DNA of 64,000 nucleotides from Pirellulaceae bacterium (GCA_963714715.1 CAVQPV010000035.1:11407-75406), one strand, 5' to 3'. Counted from the stretch's first letter, positions 48,166-57,979 are shown. Program-made: numbers and translations. The notes: a model not told the origin generated them from the letters alone.

Positions 48166-49925
48166 CCCCGCAAGAGTTCGCCAAGGTCAAAGAGATTTTC
48201 GCAAACGCGATCCGGCAACCTGAACCCAGTCGCGAGGCGTTCGTACGGCAGGCAAGTGATCAGGACGATACGATCGTCGAGGAGGTTCTCTCGCTCCTCT
48301 CTCATCACACCGACGATACGATTCTCCAGACTGCTCAGCAACAGCCGGAAGCCGACCATCAAGAGCCCGAATTCGTCGGCGCGCAGCCGTCGCCCCTTGA
48401 ATTGGATCCCAACTTGGTGATGAAGGATGTTTGGGAGGAGAACCGCCAGATCCTGCGACGACGGCTACTGGTGATCACCGTGGTGATGGGGATCCTGGTC
48501 GCTTGCTCACTCGTGCGGTTGTTTACCTACAGTTATCTTGGCTGGGGCTATGGCGGTCGAATCTTGGTGCTGCTGGGCATCATCGGATGTGGGGTCGCTC
48601 TGTATCGCAATCACGAAATGTCGATCAAAGGTTTGCGGGCAATCGAGTTTCTCGTGTTGCTGCTGATCGGGATGCTGGTTGCCGTGATCGAAGTCCGCTT
48701 GCTGCTCGCGTTGGCTGCCGAGCCCGACGTGCCAACGTTGATCAGCGTCCATAATTGGGGTTACTTCGTCTGGTCGATCATCATTACCGTCTACGGAGTC
48801 TTCATGCCAAACAGTTGGCAGCGGGCTGCCGCGATCACGCTGCCCTTGGCTCTGATGCCGCATTTGATCACCGGCTTTGCAGCCTGGCTTGATCCGCAAG
48901 TCACCGTTTTGTTGCAACAAGATGACTACGGCATCCCCATCCCGGCACCATTGCTGTCCGCGTGCATCGCGATTTATGCGGCCCATTTGATTCACGGTGC
49001 CCGCTTGTCGGCATTTCATGCCCGCCGACTCGCTCAATACCGCCTGATTCGCTTGATTGGACAGGGCAGCATGGGCCAAGTCTACGAGGCCGAACATTTG
49101 ATGATGAAACGGTCCTGCGCAATCAAGATCATCCAGCCGGAGCGAATGAGCGATTCAGATTCGTTCCAGCGATTTGAACGAGAAGTGCGTGCCACCGCAC
49201 ACCTGACGCATCCGCACACGATTGAGATCTTTGATTATGGACAGACCAGAGACGGTGTCTTCTTTTATGCAATGGAATTGTTGCCCGGCCTGAATCTGGG
49301 CGATCTCGTGCTCGCGTCGGGCCCGTTGTCGCCGGCACGAGCGGTTCATTTTCTGGTGCAAGCCTGCGGAGCACTCCAGGAAGCGCACCGGGCCGGTTTG
49401 ATTCATCGGGACATCAAGCCGGCGAACATCTTTGCGTCGCAGCGGGGCGGCATACACGACTATACGAAACTGTTGGACTTTGGCCTCGTTCAAGCCAACA
49501 ACCTTGACGTACGTCGAGCCGAATCGAATCGAAATCTGATCGCCGGTACGCCCGACTACATGTCGCCCGAACAGATTACCGCTCCCCGAGACCTGGACGC
49601 GCGAAGTGACATCTATTCTCTTGGTGCGGTGGCGTACTTCTTGTTGACCGGCAGGCCGCCCTTTGTCGCCGACACACCCCTGGAGGTCTTGTTGGCTCAC
49701 CTGAACGATCAGATCACGCCGCTGGCGACGATCAATGCTGCGATACCGGCCGATTTGGAGTCGATCATTCTCCGCTGCCTGGCGAAAGATGTTGAGCAGC
49801 GTGTCCCCAGTGCACAATGCCTGATCAACGAGTTGAAGGACTGTGAGTCGATCGATCCGTGGACGCAAGAAGACGCCAAGCGATGGTGGCAAGAAGTCGA
49901 AATATCACACACACGATTTGTGTAG
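48162..49925 (+). CDS. Serine/threonine protein kinase with an N-terminal sigma-associated motif and about six TM helices preceding the kinase domain
   Basis: The N-terminus is FAKVKEIFANAIRQPEPSREAFVRQASDQDDTIVEEVLSLLSHH. Hydrophobic helices occupy residues ~120-290. The kinase subdomains are IGQGSMGQVYEA, AIKII, HRDIKPANIF, DFG and GTPDYMSPEQ. Confidence 0.9.
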   Translation: MTPQEFAKVKEIFANAIRQPEPSREAFVRQASDQDDTIVEEVLSLLSHHTDDTILQTAQQQPEADHQEPEFVGAQPSPLELDPNLVMKDVWEENRQILRRRLLVITVVMGILVACSLVRLFTYSYLGWGYGGRILVLLGIIGCGVALYRNHEMSIKGLRAIEFLVLLLIGMLVAVIEVRLLLALAAEPDVPTLISVHNWGYFVWSIIITVYGVFMPNSWQRAAAITLPLALMPHLITGFAAWLDPQVTVLLQQDDYGIPIPAPLLSACIAIYAAHLIHGARLSAFHARRLAQYRLIRLIGQGSMGQVYEAEHLMMKRSCAIKIIQPERMSDSDSFQRFEREVRATAHLTHPHTIEIFDYGQTRDGVFFYAMELLPGLNLGDLVLASGPLSPARAVHFLVQACGALQEAHRAGLIHRDIKPANIFASQRGGIHDYTKLLDFGLVQANNLDVRRAESNRNLIAGTPDYMSPEQITAPRDLDARSDIYSLGAVAYFLLTGRPPFVADTPLEVLLAHLNDQITPLATINAAIPADLESIILRCLAKDVEQRVPSAQCLINELKDCESIDPWTQEDAKRWWQEVEISHTRFV

Positions 49926-49957
49926 AGACCAGTGCCCGTAGGGAGAGTTCGCTGTTT

Positions 49958-50269
49958 TCACTCGATCAGCAAGTCGACCGCACCACTTAGTCTGGCCGTT
50001 TCTGCGTTGTCTTCAAGACAGATGCGAATTTGGTTGTGCGGCTGAATCCGCTCGCTGATATCGACTTCCAATGGTGGGTCACTGATCTCCAAGGGCTCAA
50101 CGTTGAACAAAACGGCTTGCAGTGATCCCGTCCACGATTCGATTCGCAGGTGGACACGGGAGTTGTCCTCCAGGCCCGTTGGACGGTTGAAGCTGCGAGC
50201 ATAGGTGACCGAGCTTGGGGCGCGATCGTGCTTGGCGGATTCGTCGACGTCGGGCACATCCACTCGCAA
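49958..50269 (-). CDS. Small hypothetical protein (TTG start; start uncertain)
   Basis: 103-aa ORF with protein-like composition (…VHLRIESWTGSLQAVLFNVEPLEISDPPLEVDISERIQPHNQIRICLED…). The frame is open upstream to ~50355 without an ATG. A terminator-like hairpin separates it from the upstream giant gene. Confidence 0.35.
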   Translation of the reverse strand: MRVDVPDVDESAKHDRAPSSVTYARSFNRPTGLEDNSRVHLRIESWTGSLQAVLFNVEPLEISDPPLEVDISERIQPHNQIRICLEDNAETARLSGAVDLLIE

Positions 50270-50346
50270 CGACTCCGCTTCGCCGATCGCGAGTTCGTTG
50301 CCAAGGTCGCCGAAGTCGAATCGTATGCATGAGGCTGCTGCTGACG

Positions 50347-50381
50347 GAAAAGAAAAAGCCCCGCCTCATCATCGTGGGGCA
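50347..50381 (-). terminator. Intrinsic terminator downstream of the 1471-aa gene
   Basis: The minus strand reads gccccacgatgatgaggcggggc (a GC stem gcccc/ggggc) followed by tttttctttt. It lies 37-70 nt after the stop at 50418. Confidence 0.55.
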
Positions 50382-50417
50382 GGGCCATTGTTGGAAGTAT
50401 TGGCAACCAATCGGGAC

Positions 50418-53400
50418 CTATTCAGTCGCCAGGTAGTCCTGCACAGAGTCCCCAAACCCCGGGAATTCTTGCCCCAGAACGTCATCGACGGACTGCTGAA
50501 AATCGAAATTGGATTTTGCACCGATCAGTGCAGCGGCACGTCCATCGGGGCTGAGCACGAAAGCATCCTCACCCACCAGTGCCGTTTGGACCGTACCGTC
50601 ACCATCAACGAGACTCAGCAAGGCAGCGTCATGGTCAGCGTTCAGCACGAACTCGGCAAACTCAATTCCCTCGAAGCCTTCTAAGAGGACGAACATTTCC
50701 TGGGTGCCCCCGGAGCCCAAGCCAAATTTTCCGCCTTCCATGCGACCACCACTTGAAACCAGGGATGAACCCGACAGGTAGGTGGAGGCGAGGATGTCGA
50801 TGTTGCCGAGCGAGCCCGTGAAACCGAGCACCGGTAAGACGTCTGGTGCCGGCGAAGTTGCACCAACCACCACCGTCGAGACACTGCTACCGATGATGAC
50901 GGCGTTGTTCGGTAGCACGTATTCAACTTCGTAAGTTCCAGGCGCGACACCCGCGAAGATGTAATCACCATGGGCGTCGGTCAACGTCGTTCTTACCGTG
51001 CTGCTGCCAACTGCTCGCATGCGAACGGTCACACCGCCGATTCCATATTCGTCCGCATCCCGACCTCCGTTACGGAAATTGTTAACGTCCAATTCGTCGA
51101 TGTAGACAAGCCCCGTGACCATCGTGGGCGGCACTGCTTCGATCGTCACGGTGGCGGTTTGCGAAACTGAGCCGCCGTTACCGTCGATGATGTCGAAACT
51201 GACCACGATTACCTCGGTGTCGCCGACGTCCAACAGGTCAGCGTATGCACCGGGGTCGACCTCCAAAAAGTTCCCAACGACCATCACACCGATGCCGTTG
51301 CCTGAGGTCACAGACGGGTTACTGACGTTGAGTGTGTCTCCGTCGACATCCGTGGCGAACTGAAGCAAGCTGAACGAAGTAGCGGGATCGAATTCATTGA
51401 ATGTTCGGCTAATCGAGTCGCTGACCTGGGGAGCGTCGTTGACGTTGACCACCGGCACGGTCTGTGCACTGGTCAGTGGTCCTTCGTCCGTTCCCTGGCC
51501 GTCGGTGTAGCTGACTTGGACGCTGATTCGTTGGCCAACATCGGCATCACCGAGGAGATAGGTGCTGCTGGTCGCACCACCGATCGCTACGCCGCCGCGC
51601 AACCACTGGTAGCTGAACGCGCCCAAGCCGTCGGCATCGCTGATTCCGGATGTATTCGCGGTCAGCCTTTGGTCTTCCTGAACCGTTCCTGTGATCGTGG
51701 GTGTGCCAACCGGCGGACTGTTGACGCTGCCCACCGGAGCGGTCTGTGCGCTGGTCAGTGATTCGGGTGTTCCCTGGCCGTCGGTGTAACTGACCTGGAC
51801 GCTGATCCGCTGGCCAACGTCGGCGTCACCGAGGAGATAGCTGCTGCTGGTCGCACCACTGATCGCCACGCTGCCGCGCAACCATTGGTAGCTGAACGCG
51901 CCCAAGCCGTCGGCATCGCTGATTCCGGAAGTAACAGCGGTCAGCGTTTCGTCTTTTTGAATCAGTCCCGAGATCGTGGGAACGCCACTGGGCGCGTCGT
52001 TGACGTTGGCCACCTGGGCGGTCGGTGCACTGGTCAGTGGTCCTTCGGCGGTTCCCTGGCCGTCGGTGTAGCGGACCTGGACGCTGATCGCCTGGCCAAC
52101 ATCGGCATCACCAAGCACATAGGTGCTGCTGGTCGCACCACTGATCGCAACGCCGCCGCGCAACCATTGGTAGCTGAACGTGCCCAAGCCGTCAGCATCG
52201 CTGATTCCGGATGTAACAGCGGTGAGCGTTTCGTCTTCCTGAGCGGTCCCCGAGATCGTGGGTACGCCGGTTGGCGCGTCGTTGACGTTGGCCACCTGGG
52301 CGGTCGGTGCACTGGTCAGTGGTCCTTCGGCCGTTCCCAGACCATCGGTGTAGCGGACCTGGACGCTGATCGTCTGGCCAACATCGGCGTCACCGAGGAC
52401 ATAGGTGCTGCTGGTCGCACCACTGATATTGGTGCTGCCGCGCAACCATTGGTAGCTGAACGTGCCCAAGCCGTCAGCATCGCTGATTCCGGAGGTATTC
52501 GCCGTGAGCGTTTCGTCTTCCTGAGCGGTTCCTGTGATCGTGGGGACGCCACTGGGCAAGTTGTTGTTGGCATTGGCCACCGGTCCAACCTGTGCGCTGG
52601 TTAACGGTCCTTCGGGCGTTCCCTGGCCGTCGGTGTAGCTGACCTGGACGCTGATCAATTGGCCAATGTCGGCATCACCGAGGAGATAGGTGCTGCTGGT
52701 TGCACCGGTGATCGGGGTGCTGCCGCGCAACCATTGGAAGCTGAACGTGCCCAAGCCGTCGGCATCGCTGATCCCCGAGGTATTCGCAGTGAGCGTGGCC
52801 TCTGCCTGAACGGCTCCCGTGATCGTCGGGACGCCACTGGGCGCGTCGTTGATATTGGCGACCGGAGCGGTCTGTGCACTGGTCAGTGGTCCCTCGGGCG
52901 TCCCCAGGCCGTCGGTGTAGCTGACCTGGACGCTCATTGCCTGGCCTACATCAGCGTCACCGAGGGCATAGGTGCTGCTGGTCGCGCCACTAATGGCTAC
53001 GCCGCCGCGCAACCACTGGTAGCTGAACGTGCCCAGGCCATCGGCATCGCTGATCCCCGAGGTATTGGCGGTGAGCGTTTCGTCTTCCTGAGCGGTTCCA
53101 GAGATCGTGGGTATGCCGACGGGCAGATTGTTCGCTCCGTCGCCGACGTTAAACGTCAACACGGCGTCACTATCGATCAGCACCAAGTCTTGCGGAACTT
53201 CGGTGTTGCGACCGTACAGCAACGTCGACTCTCTCGTTTCGCCAGGGTTCGCACTGACTGTAAAGTTACTGACCGCCGAATCAAAGAAGACACGAATGCT
53301 GAAGACGTCGAATGGTTCCGTCAGCAGCCCGTCATCGGAGAGTTCCGGAACGCCAAGACCATTGGGTGGAACTTGGCCCGTGCCGCCAATTTCACCGAAG

Positions 53401-54833
53401 CCAGTCGCATCGTCGAAGCTGCCCTGATTCAGCGAGTTGAAGAATTCGCTGTTGTTGTTGAAGGTGCGGCTGTGAGTATCGAGGTTGAATCGAACCGCAC
53501 TACTGTTGACGGTGCCATCAAGATTGAACGGGGCAATCTCAGTGAACTGAGTCGGAACAGCGATGTTCAAATTATCGGTAACCGAAAAATTGAGCAGGTT
53601 CTCGTTACCTAGCTCATCAAGATCGGTAAATAGAATCTCGTATCCATCGCCCTGGGGAAGCCGCTTGATCTGATACTGATCCGGTGTGTAGCCGAATTCT
53701 GTCAGTGCATTGGCAATCTCATCGCTCGCGGAAGCATCAAAATCGGCTGCCTGGGATACGTAGGTATTTCCACTTGTCTCCTGAATAAACGTTAGGTTGC
53801 CGCTCAGTAGGGAAGTGTGGCCCGACGCGTTTGCGGGCTCGTCGTCTGCTTGATTCTCAAGGTCCAGGAACCGGTCTTGATTTTCGATGAAGACGGTATT
53901 GCCAACGAAATTGGCGTCCAACACAGGAACAACACTTGGAACGCCGTCAACTGTCGTCGTGTCGACAAAAACGGCATTGATCTGGCTAGCCACTTCGATC
54001 GCGATCTCTTCTGGTGACAGCGGTTGGTTCGAGGCATTGCGCGTCAGGATGCCAATGTCGTCGGGGTCGGCAGGTGAGCCCGACTCAATGAACTCGAAGA
54101 ACTTAACCAGTGTCTCCATCGACTCACTGGTCTGCGTATTGTCCACGATCGTTCTGTTGATGACCTCCGCCGCAATCCCGAATTTCCCTGTCGGCAGGGT
54201 GTTTTCAATCTGAATGAATGGCGTGTCAATCGCATCATCAAACCTGATCTGTTGGGTTTCGTTCAACACCGGCTTGAGAACGCCACCCGTGCTGGTTTCC
54301 AGGTCGACAAACAGTTGGAAGGCCCCGATTTCATTGTCACCGCGACGCAGGTCGTCATAGCTAAGTTCAATGTTGAACTCCTCGTTGACGCCGAGGTTGA
54401 TGAAGCCATTGGCATCGGGCTGGATTTCATTATCGTTCAAATCGCGAGCGGTCAGCAGTAGTTCAACCAACTCGCCGAGTTCTTCGCCACGAGAGAGGGC
54501 ATTGATCACGCGCAAGGGGTCGCTGGCGGTCAACTCGCCATCGTTGTTCACATCCAGGAACATGCCGTCCGCTTCCAATCGCTCGGATTCGGCGAATTGC
54601 GCTAAACGGTTGATGCCAATCAAGGCATCCAAGGATGTGATTTGCCTGTCATCATTGACGTCGAAGGCATTCCACCCGTTGTGAGCGATGCCGACATCAC
54701 CGGCCAGCAACTCTCGTTTCTCAAGAGTCTGGCTGCTGAGCCGACGGGGCTTTGATTCAGATTGCGGCCGGGCCTTCCGTTTTCTGGAGTTCAACCAACT
54801 GGCGCGATGGAGCATTTGACGCAGATTTTTCAT
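50418..54833 (-). CDS. Giant secreted surface protein: Arg-rich N-terminus with LEKRELLA motif, N-terminal dockerin-type repeats, six tandem ~94-aa Ig-like repeats, a cadherin-like/VCBS-type domain and an SdrD-B/Cna-B-like domain
   Basis: Intact 1471-aa ORF. The dockerin-like Ca-binding pairs are DVNDDRQITSLDALIGINRL / DVNNDGELTASDPLRVINAL. The repeats have the form ...TLTANTSGISDADGLGTFSYQWLRGG.AISGATSSTY.LGDADVGQ.ISVQVSYTDGQGT.EGPLTS. GIGGVTVRMRAVGSS..TTLTDAHGDYIFAGVAPGTYEVEY is SdrD-B-like. Confidence 0.85.
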   Translation of the reverse strand: MKNLRQMLHRASWLNSRKRKARPQSESKPRRLSSQTLEKRELLAGDVGIAHNGWNAFDVNDDRQITSLDALIGINRLAQFAESERLEADGMFLDVNNDGELTASDPLRVINALSRGEELGELVELLLTARDLNDNEIQPDANGFINLGVNEEFNIELSYDDLRRGDNEIGAFQLFVDLETSTGGVLKPVLNETQQIRFDDAIDTPFIQIENTLPTGKFGIAAEVINRTIVDNTQTSESMETLVKFFEFIESGSPADPDDIGILTRNASNQPLSPEEIAIEVASQINAVFVDTTTVDGVPSVVPVLDANFVGNTVFIENQDRFLDLENQADDEPANASGHTSLLSGNLTFIQETSGNTYVSQAADFDASASDEIANALTEFGYTPDQYQIKRLPQGDGYEILFTDLDELGNENLLNFSVTDNLNIAVPTQFTEIAPFNLDGTVNSSAVRFNLDTHSRTFNNNSEFFNSLNQGSFDDATGFGEIGGTGQVPPNGLGVPELSDDGLLTEPFDVFSIRVFFDSAVSNFTVSANPGETRESTLLYGRNTEVPQDLVLIDSDAVLTFNVGDGANNLPVGIPTISGTAQEDETLTANTSGISDADGLGTFSYQWLRGGVAISGATSSTYALGDADVGQAMSVQVSYTDGLGTPEGPLTSAQTAPVANINDAPSGVPTITGAVQAEATLTANTSGISDADGLGTFSFQWLRGSTPITGATSSTYLLGDADIGQLISVQVSYTDGQGTPEGPLTSAQVGPVANANNNLPSGVPTITGTAQEDETLTANTSGISDADGLGTFSYQWLRGSTNISGATSSTYVLGDADVGQTISVQVRYTDGLGTAEGPLTSAPTAQVANVNDAPTGVPTISGTAQEDETLTAVTSGISDADGLGTFSYQWLRGGVAISGATSSTYVLGDADVGQAISVQVRYTDGQGTAEGPLTSAPTAQVANVNDAPSGVPTISGLIQKDETLTAVTSGISDADGLGAFSYQWLRGSVAISGATSSSYLLGDADVGQRISVQVSYTDGQGTPESLTSAQTAPVGSVNSPPVGTPTITGTVQEDQRLTANTSGISDADGLGAFSYQWLRGGVAIGGATSSTYLLGDADVGQRISVQVSYTDGQGTDEGPLTSAQTVPVVNVNDAPQVSDSISRTFNEFDPATSFSLLQFATDVDGDTLNVSNPSVTSGNGIGVMVVGNFLEVDPGAYADLLDVGDTEVIVVSFDIIDGNGGSVSQTATVTIEAVPPTMVTGLVYIDELDVNNFRNGGRDADEYGIGGVTVRMRAVGSSTVRTTLTDAHGDYIFAGVAPGTYEVEYVLPNNAVIIGSSVSTVVVGATSPAPDVLPVLGFTGSLGNIDILASTYLSGSSLVSSGGRMEGGKFGLGSGGTQEMFVLLEGFEGIEFAEFVLNADHDAALLSLVDGDGTVQTALVGEDAFVLSPDGRAAALIGAKSNFDFQQSVDDVLGQEFPGFGDSVQDYLATE
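51441..53133 (-). repeat. Six in-frame tandem repeats of ~282 bp (93-95 codons) inside the 1471-aa gene
   Basis: The unit recurs with long identical nucleotide runs. For example, aagccgtc(g/a)gcatcgctgat(t/c)cc(g/c)ga and ccgccgcgcaaccactggtagctgaacg recur in the units. I counted six copies in the protein sequence. Confidence 0.9.
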
Positions 54834-55027
54834 CTGTTATCTCGGAAAGACAAAGTTGGACGTGAGTTTTGCTGGGACGCGGATTTTTTGGCAGGTTGGC
54901 CAGAATCCCGAGACTGGCTCCAGGGGGATTTCCCCGCCAATCTGATTAGTGGCTCTATCTTATCTCGTTCGCCTGTTTTATCAACTTTCACATGGCGATG
55001 AATCAGGAGGGCCTGCACCTCAGGTCG

Positions 55028-57598
55028 TTAGACCTCGGTTTGTAGTAAAGGTTCCAGTATTTCCGGCGCAATTTCTTGGTCGATCGTTAGAGCGAGCGAA
55101 GTCTCGTCATTCGCCTGATTCTGACTTGTTTTCTTGGATTTTGAGGTGATTTCCGCTGATCGGGTGGTTTCGGGGGCCAAATCGATCGGCTGGCTGCCCT
55201 CGTCGACGCTGTCATTATCGGTCCCCAATGCCCCTGCACTTTCGTCCTCAGTGGTGCGACCGGCAGACTTGAACATTGACCTCTGGGAGGCCAACAACCC
55301 GAGAGACGCAACCGGTTGGTCGGTCCAGGTTGTCAGAACGGCGTCCTTGGCGTCTGTCTGGGCTCCGGCGGAGCTTTGTTCGGGCTCCGGGTCTTGTTGT
55401 TGACGCAGCGTATTGATCACCATCAAAGCGTCCAGCGCGGTGACCGCCCCATCGTTGTTGACGTCGATCCAGTCGCCTCCGGTTTCGTTGGGGCCCAGGA
55501 CTCGCGCTCCGAATCGGTGCATGTCGTTGATGACCAACAGCGCGTCCCGTGAAGTGGTTTCGCCTTCGCCGCTGACGTCTTCAGGCATCCCGGCGTGATG
55601 CCGGGGGCTGTTGACGCGGTTGGCTGCTGCCACAAGCACTTCGCTCTGGCCATCGGCAACCGTGACCTGAACGCTGGTGCTGTTGAACTGATGAATCAGC
55701 TTGTCAGAAACCAAATCGACGCGGTACTCACCATCGGGCAGGTTGGCGATTTTCCAAGCACCCGATTGATCGGTGACTATCGAATCGGAGTAGCCGAATC
55801 GAATGTCATCGATCGCAATGTCAGTTTCGGCGTGGCCAAAGGCGTGAATGCTGGCGATTCGGCCTCGGGGATCATTGATGGAGACCAGCTGAGTGTTGCC
55901 GCCGGAAATCCGTTCGCTAGTTGCCCGTGTGATCAATTGGCCGCTGGCATCGTACGCTTCGATCCTGGCATAGCTGCCGCCATCCAGCCCCGTGACCGAC
56001 AACTCGACTTCGCCGACGTTTTGGTCAAATTCGGCGACCAAAGCAGCTTGATCGGACCAGCGGTCCAGCCATTGATCGGTGTTCGTATTGAAGCCTTGGA
56101 AGACTCGTTTGTTCCCGGCGTCGACCGAATCGAACGATCCCAGCCGCGAAGCCATGAACAGTCCATCAGCTGATAGCTGCACGCCCACCGTGCCCTGGAT
56201 CTCGCCAAGCAAAACGTCCTTCGCTGCGAGGCTGCCACCAAACAGTGGGTTGCCATCGCTCTGCCGAACGACCACTTGCGCGTCGCTCATCAATGCTTCG
56301 CCCGGATCTCGAATGCCGTTCGCGTTGTCATCGACAAAGGCATATCCCGAGGTGGCGGCCTGAGACAGAGCGGGTGCCGTTTTGCTGCCCGAGATGATCT
56401 CGCTGGAGATGCCGATGCTCTGATCGATCGCCCGAAATTCGATCGTCGAGAAGTCGCTGGAGATCGGAATCGCCAGATCGAATTCGACCACTTGCTGGTC
56501 CGGGTGGGATGCGGCCAGCCAGGGGCCTGCGTCCAGACGGTACTGCAATTCGCTGACCCGGTTCAGCGTGATATCACTCTGAATGCCGGACGAATTTTCA
56601 TTTTTGAGGGGAACCGCCGAAGCGACGCCACTGACCAGGTATTGGGACGCGTCCGCATCGAAATGCCCCATGGCATCCAGGTGCAGTGGGACGTCTGCAA
56701 AGTCAAACACGCCATCGGAATCGCTGTCTCGCCAACCAACCAGAGCGAGCGTCGATGCAGGCGACGTTTCCGATAAATACGCTGCCGTCAGCGGGACACC
56801 GCCTCGCATGATCGATTCCTGATGGACGAAATCGGCGTCAGGGTTGTTCGCCGCATTCAGCACCGGAGCGTTGTAATAGCCACGTTGGTCGGTGTAAGAG
56901 GAAGCCCCGGCATATTCATCGCGGGCCCAGAAAATATGCCCCATCTCGTGAGCGATCGTGGAAGCGGGCCGAGTCGATGGCGTGACCATGAACAGCCCAC
57001 CCGGATAGGCGAAGGCAGCGGCGAATTGACCACCGGAGTCAAATAAGCCATCAGGATCATCCGAGGCGTCCATGATGAAGATCGTGAATGCCCAATCGGT
57101 TCCCAGTTCGATTCGCTGCTGGTCGTTAAAGAGATGGACTGCGTGTTCAATCGTCGGCGCGTCGCCGAATCCCTGGACGGCTAGAAAGTTCCAGACATAT
57201 TCTTCGAAGATTTCGCTGCTGTGATCAATCGGCTCGTAGCCCGTTTCGACCGGATCGACCGCGAACGTGTCGTCGATCACGAATTCAAGCGTGTGGCGGG
57301 TGTTCAGCTTGTCCAACGCTCGAGACCACCAGTTCACGCCTTCGTCCACTTTGGCCAGCGTGTCCTGGATCTCCTGGGGGGTCCAGTTCTGGGATTCTGG
57401 ATAGATCGACCCGTCACTCTCAAATAGCACAGGTGTCACAGCCACCGATCCCAACAGCACATCTCCGGTGTTGAGCGGAGTCATGCCAATGGGCAGCGAA
57501 TCGACCGCCATCAATCGCCTCGATTCCAACAATTCCAGTTGGATCGATCGCGATCGAGCGGGGCGGTGTGGTCCTCGGTGGGAACGACGTCGGAGCAT
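55028..57598 (-). CDS. Secreted zinc-metalloprotease-like protein (HExxH) with Arg-rich LELLESRRLMA N-terminus and C-terminal dockerin-type repeats
   Basis: Intact 856-aa ORF. It has STIAHEMGHIFWARDEY (HExxH). The C-terminal pairs are DVSGEGETTSRDALLVINDM / DVNNDGAVTALDALMVINTL, followed by an acidic low-complexity tail. Confidence 0.7.
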   Translation of the reverse strand: MLRRRSHRGPHRPARSRSIQLELLESRRLMAVDSLPIGMTPLNTGDVLLGSVAVTPVLFESDGSIYPESQNWTPQEIQDTLAKVDEGVNWWSRALDKLNTRHTLEFVIDDTFAVDPVETGYEPIDHSSEIFEEYVWNFLAVQGFGDAPTIEHAVHLFNDQQRIELGTDWAFTIFIMDASDDPDGLFDSGGQFAAAFAYPGGLFMVTPSTRPASTIAHEMGHIFWARDEYAGASSYTDQRGYYNAPVLNAANNPDADFVHQESIMRGGVPLTAAYLSETSPASTLALVGWRDSDSDGVFDFADVPLHLDAMGHFDADASQYLVSGVASAVPLKNENSSGIQSDITLNRVSELQYRLDAGPWLAASHPDQQVVEFDLAIPISSDFSTIEFRAIDQSIGISSEIISGSKTAPALSQAATSGYAFVDDNANGIRDPGEALMSDAQVVVRQSDGNPLFGGSLAAKDVLLGEIQGTVGVQLSADGLFMASRLGSFDSVDAGNKRVFQGFNTNTDQWLDRWSDQAALVAEFDQNVGEVELSVTGLDGGSYARIEAYDASGQLITRATSERISGGNTQLVSINDPRGRIASIHAFGHAETDIAIDDIRFGYSDSIVTDQSGAWKIANLPDGEYRVDLVSDKLIHQFNSTSVQVTVADGQSEVLVAAANRVNSPRHHAGMPEDVSGEGETTSRDALLVINDMHRFGARVLGPNETGGDWIDVNNDGAVTALDALMVINTLRQQQDPEPEQSSAGAQTDAKDAVLTTWTDQPVASLGLLASQRSMFKSAGRTTEDESAGALGTDNDSVDEGSQPIDLAPETTRSAEITSKSKKTSQNQANDETSLALTIDQEIAPEILEPLLQTEV

Positions 57599-57979
57599 GA
57601 AACCTCAGATACGGGCGACTATACATTCATCGGACTGAAAAGCGGCCTCATTTGTTGGACGCATCACAACGATAATAGTTGCAGGCGATTGGGAGACTTT
57701 CGCCAATCCCCACAACCGGCCCGATCGATTGGATCAAGTTAATAGGCTCGACGGGTCCCCCCGGTCGAGAATCTTGAATTGAAGCAAAACCCATGCCCGA
57801 AAACGGGTATTTCCCCTTTCAGACAAGTCTAGGTCGCTCCCTGGCCGTCGATGCCACCCTCTCACAGTTCCGCGAACAGTCGATCGAGACTCTCCGTTGG
57901 GCTGCCGGAATCTTTCGCACTCGCCGTGTCTTCGGCAAGGGAATCGACGACCGAATCGAGTTGAACTACCGCAGGATCG

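Noticed and set aside
50097-50372. 91-aa ORF beginning MMRRGFFFSVSSS as an alternative start for the small gene
   Set aside because: Its first codons are simply the translated T-run and stem of the terminator hairpin downstream of the 1471-aa gene. The rest is Arg-rich and off-frame.
51441-53133. Possible CRISPR or other non-coding repeat array
   Set aside because: The units are ~282 bp, directly abutting with no spacers, in frame, and translate to a conserved protein module. It is not a CRISPR array.
51516-53612. Plus-strand ORFs (51516..51761, 51885..52604, 52659..53612) with internally repetitive peptides
   Set aside because: They are mirror images of the 282-bp coding repeats of the minus-strand 1471-aa gene. 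The minus-strand frame is uninterrupted for 4.4 kb and encodes recognisable domains.
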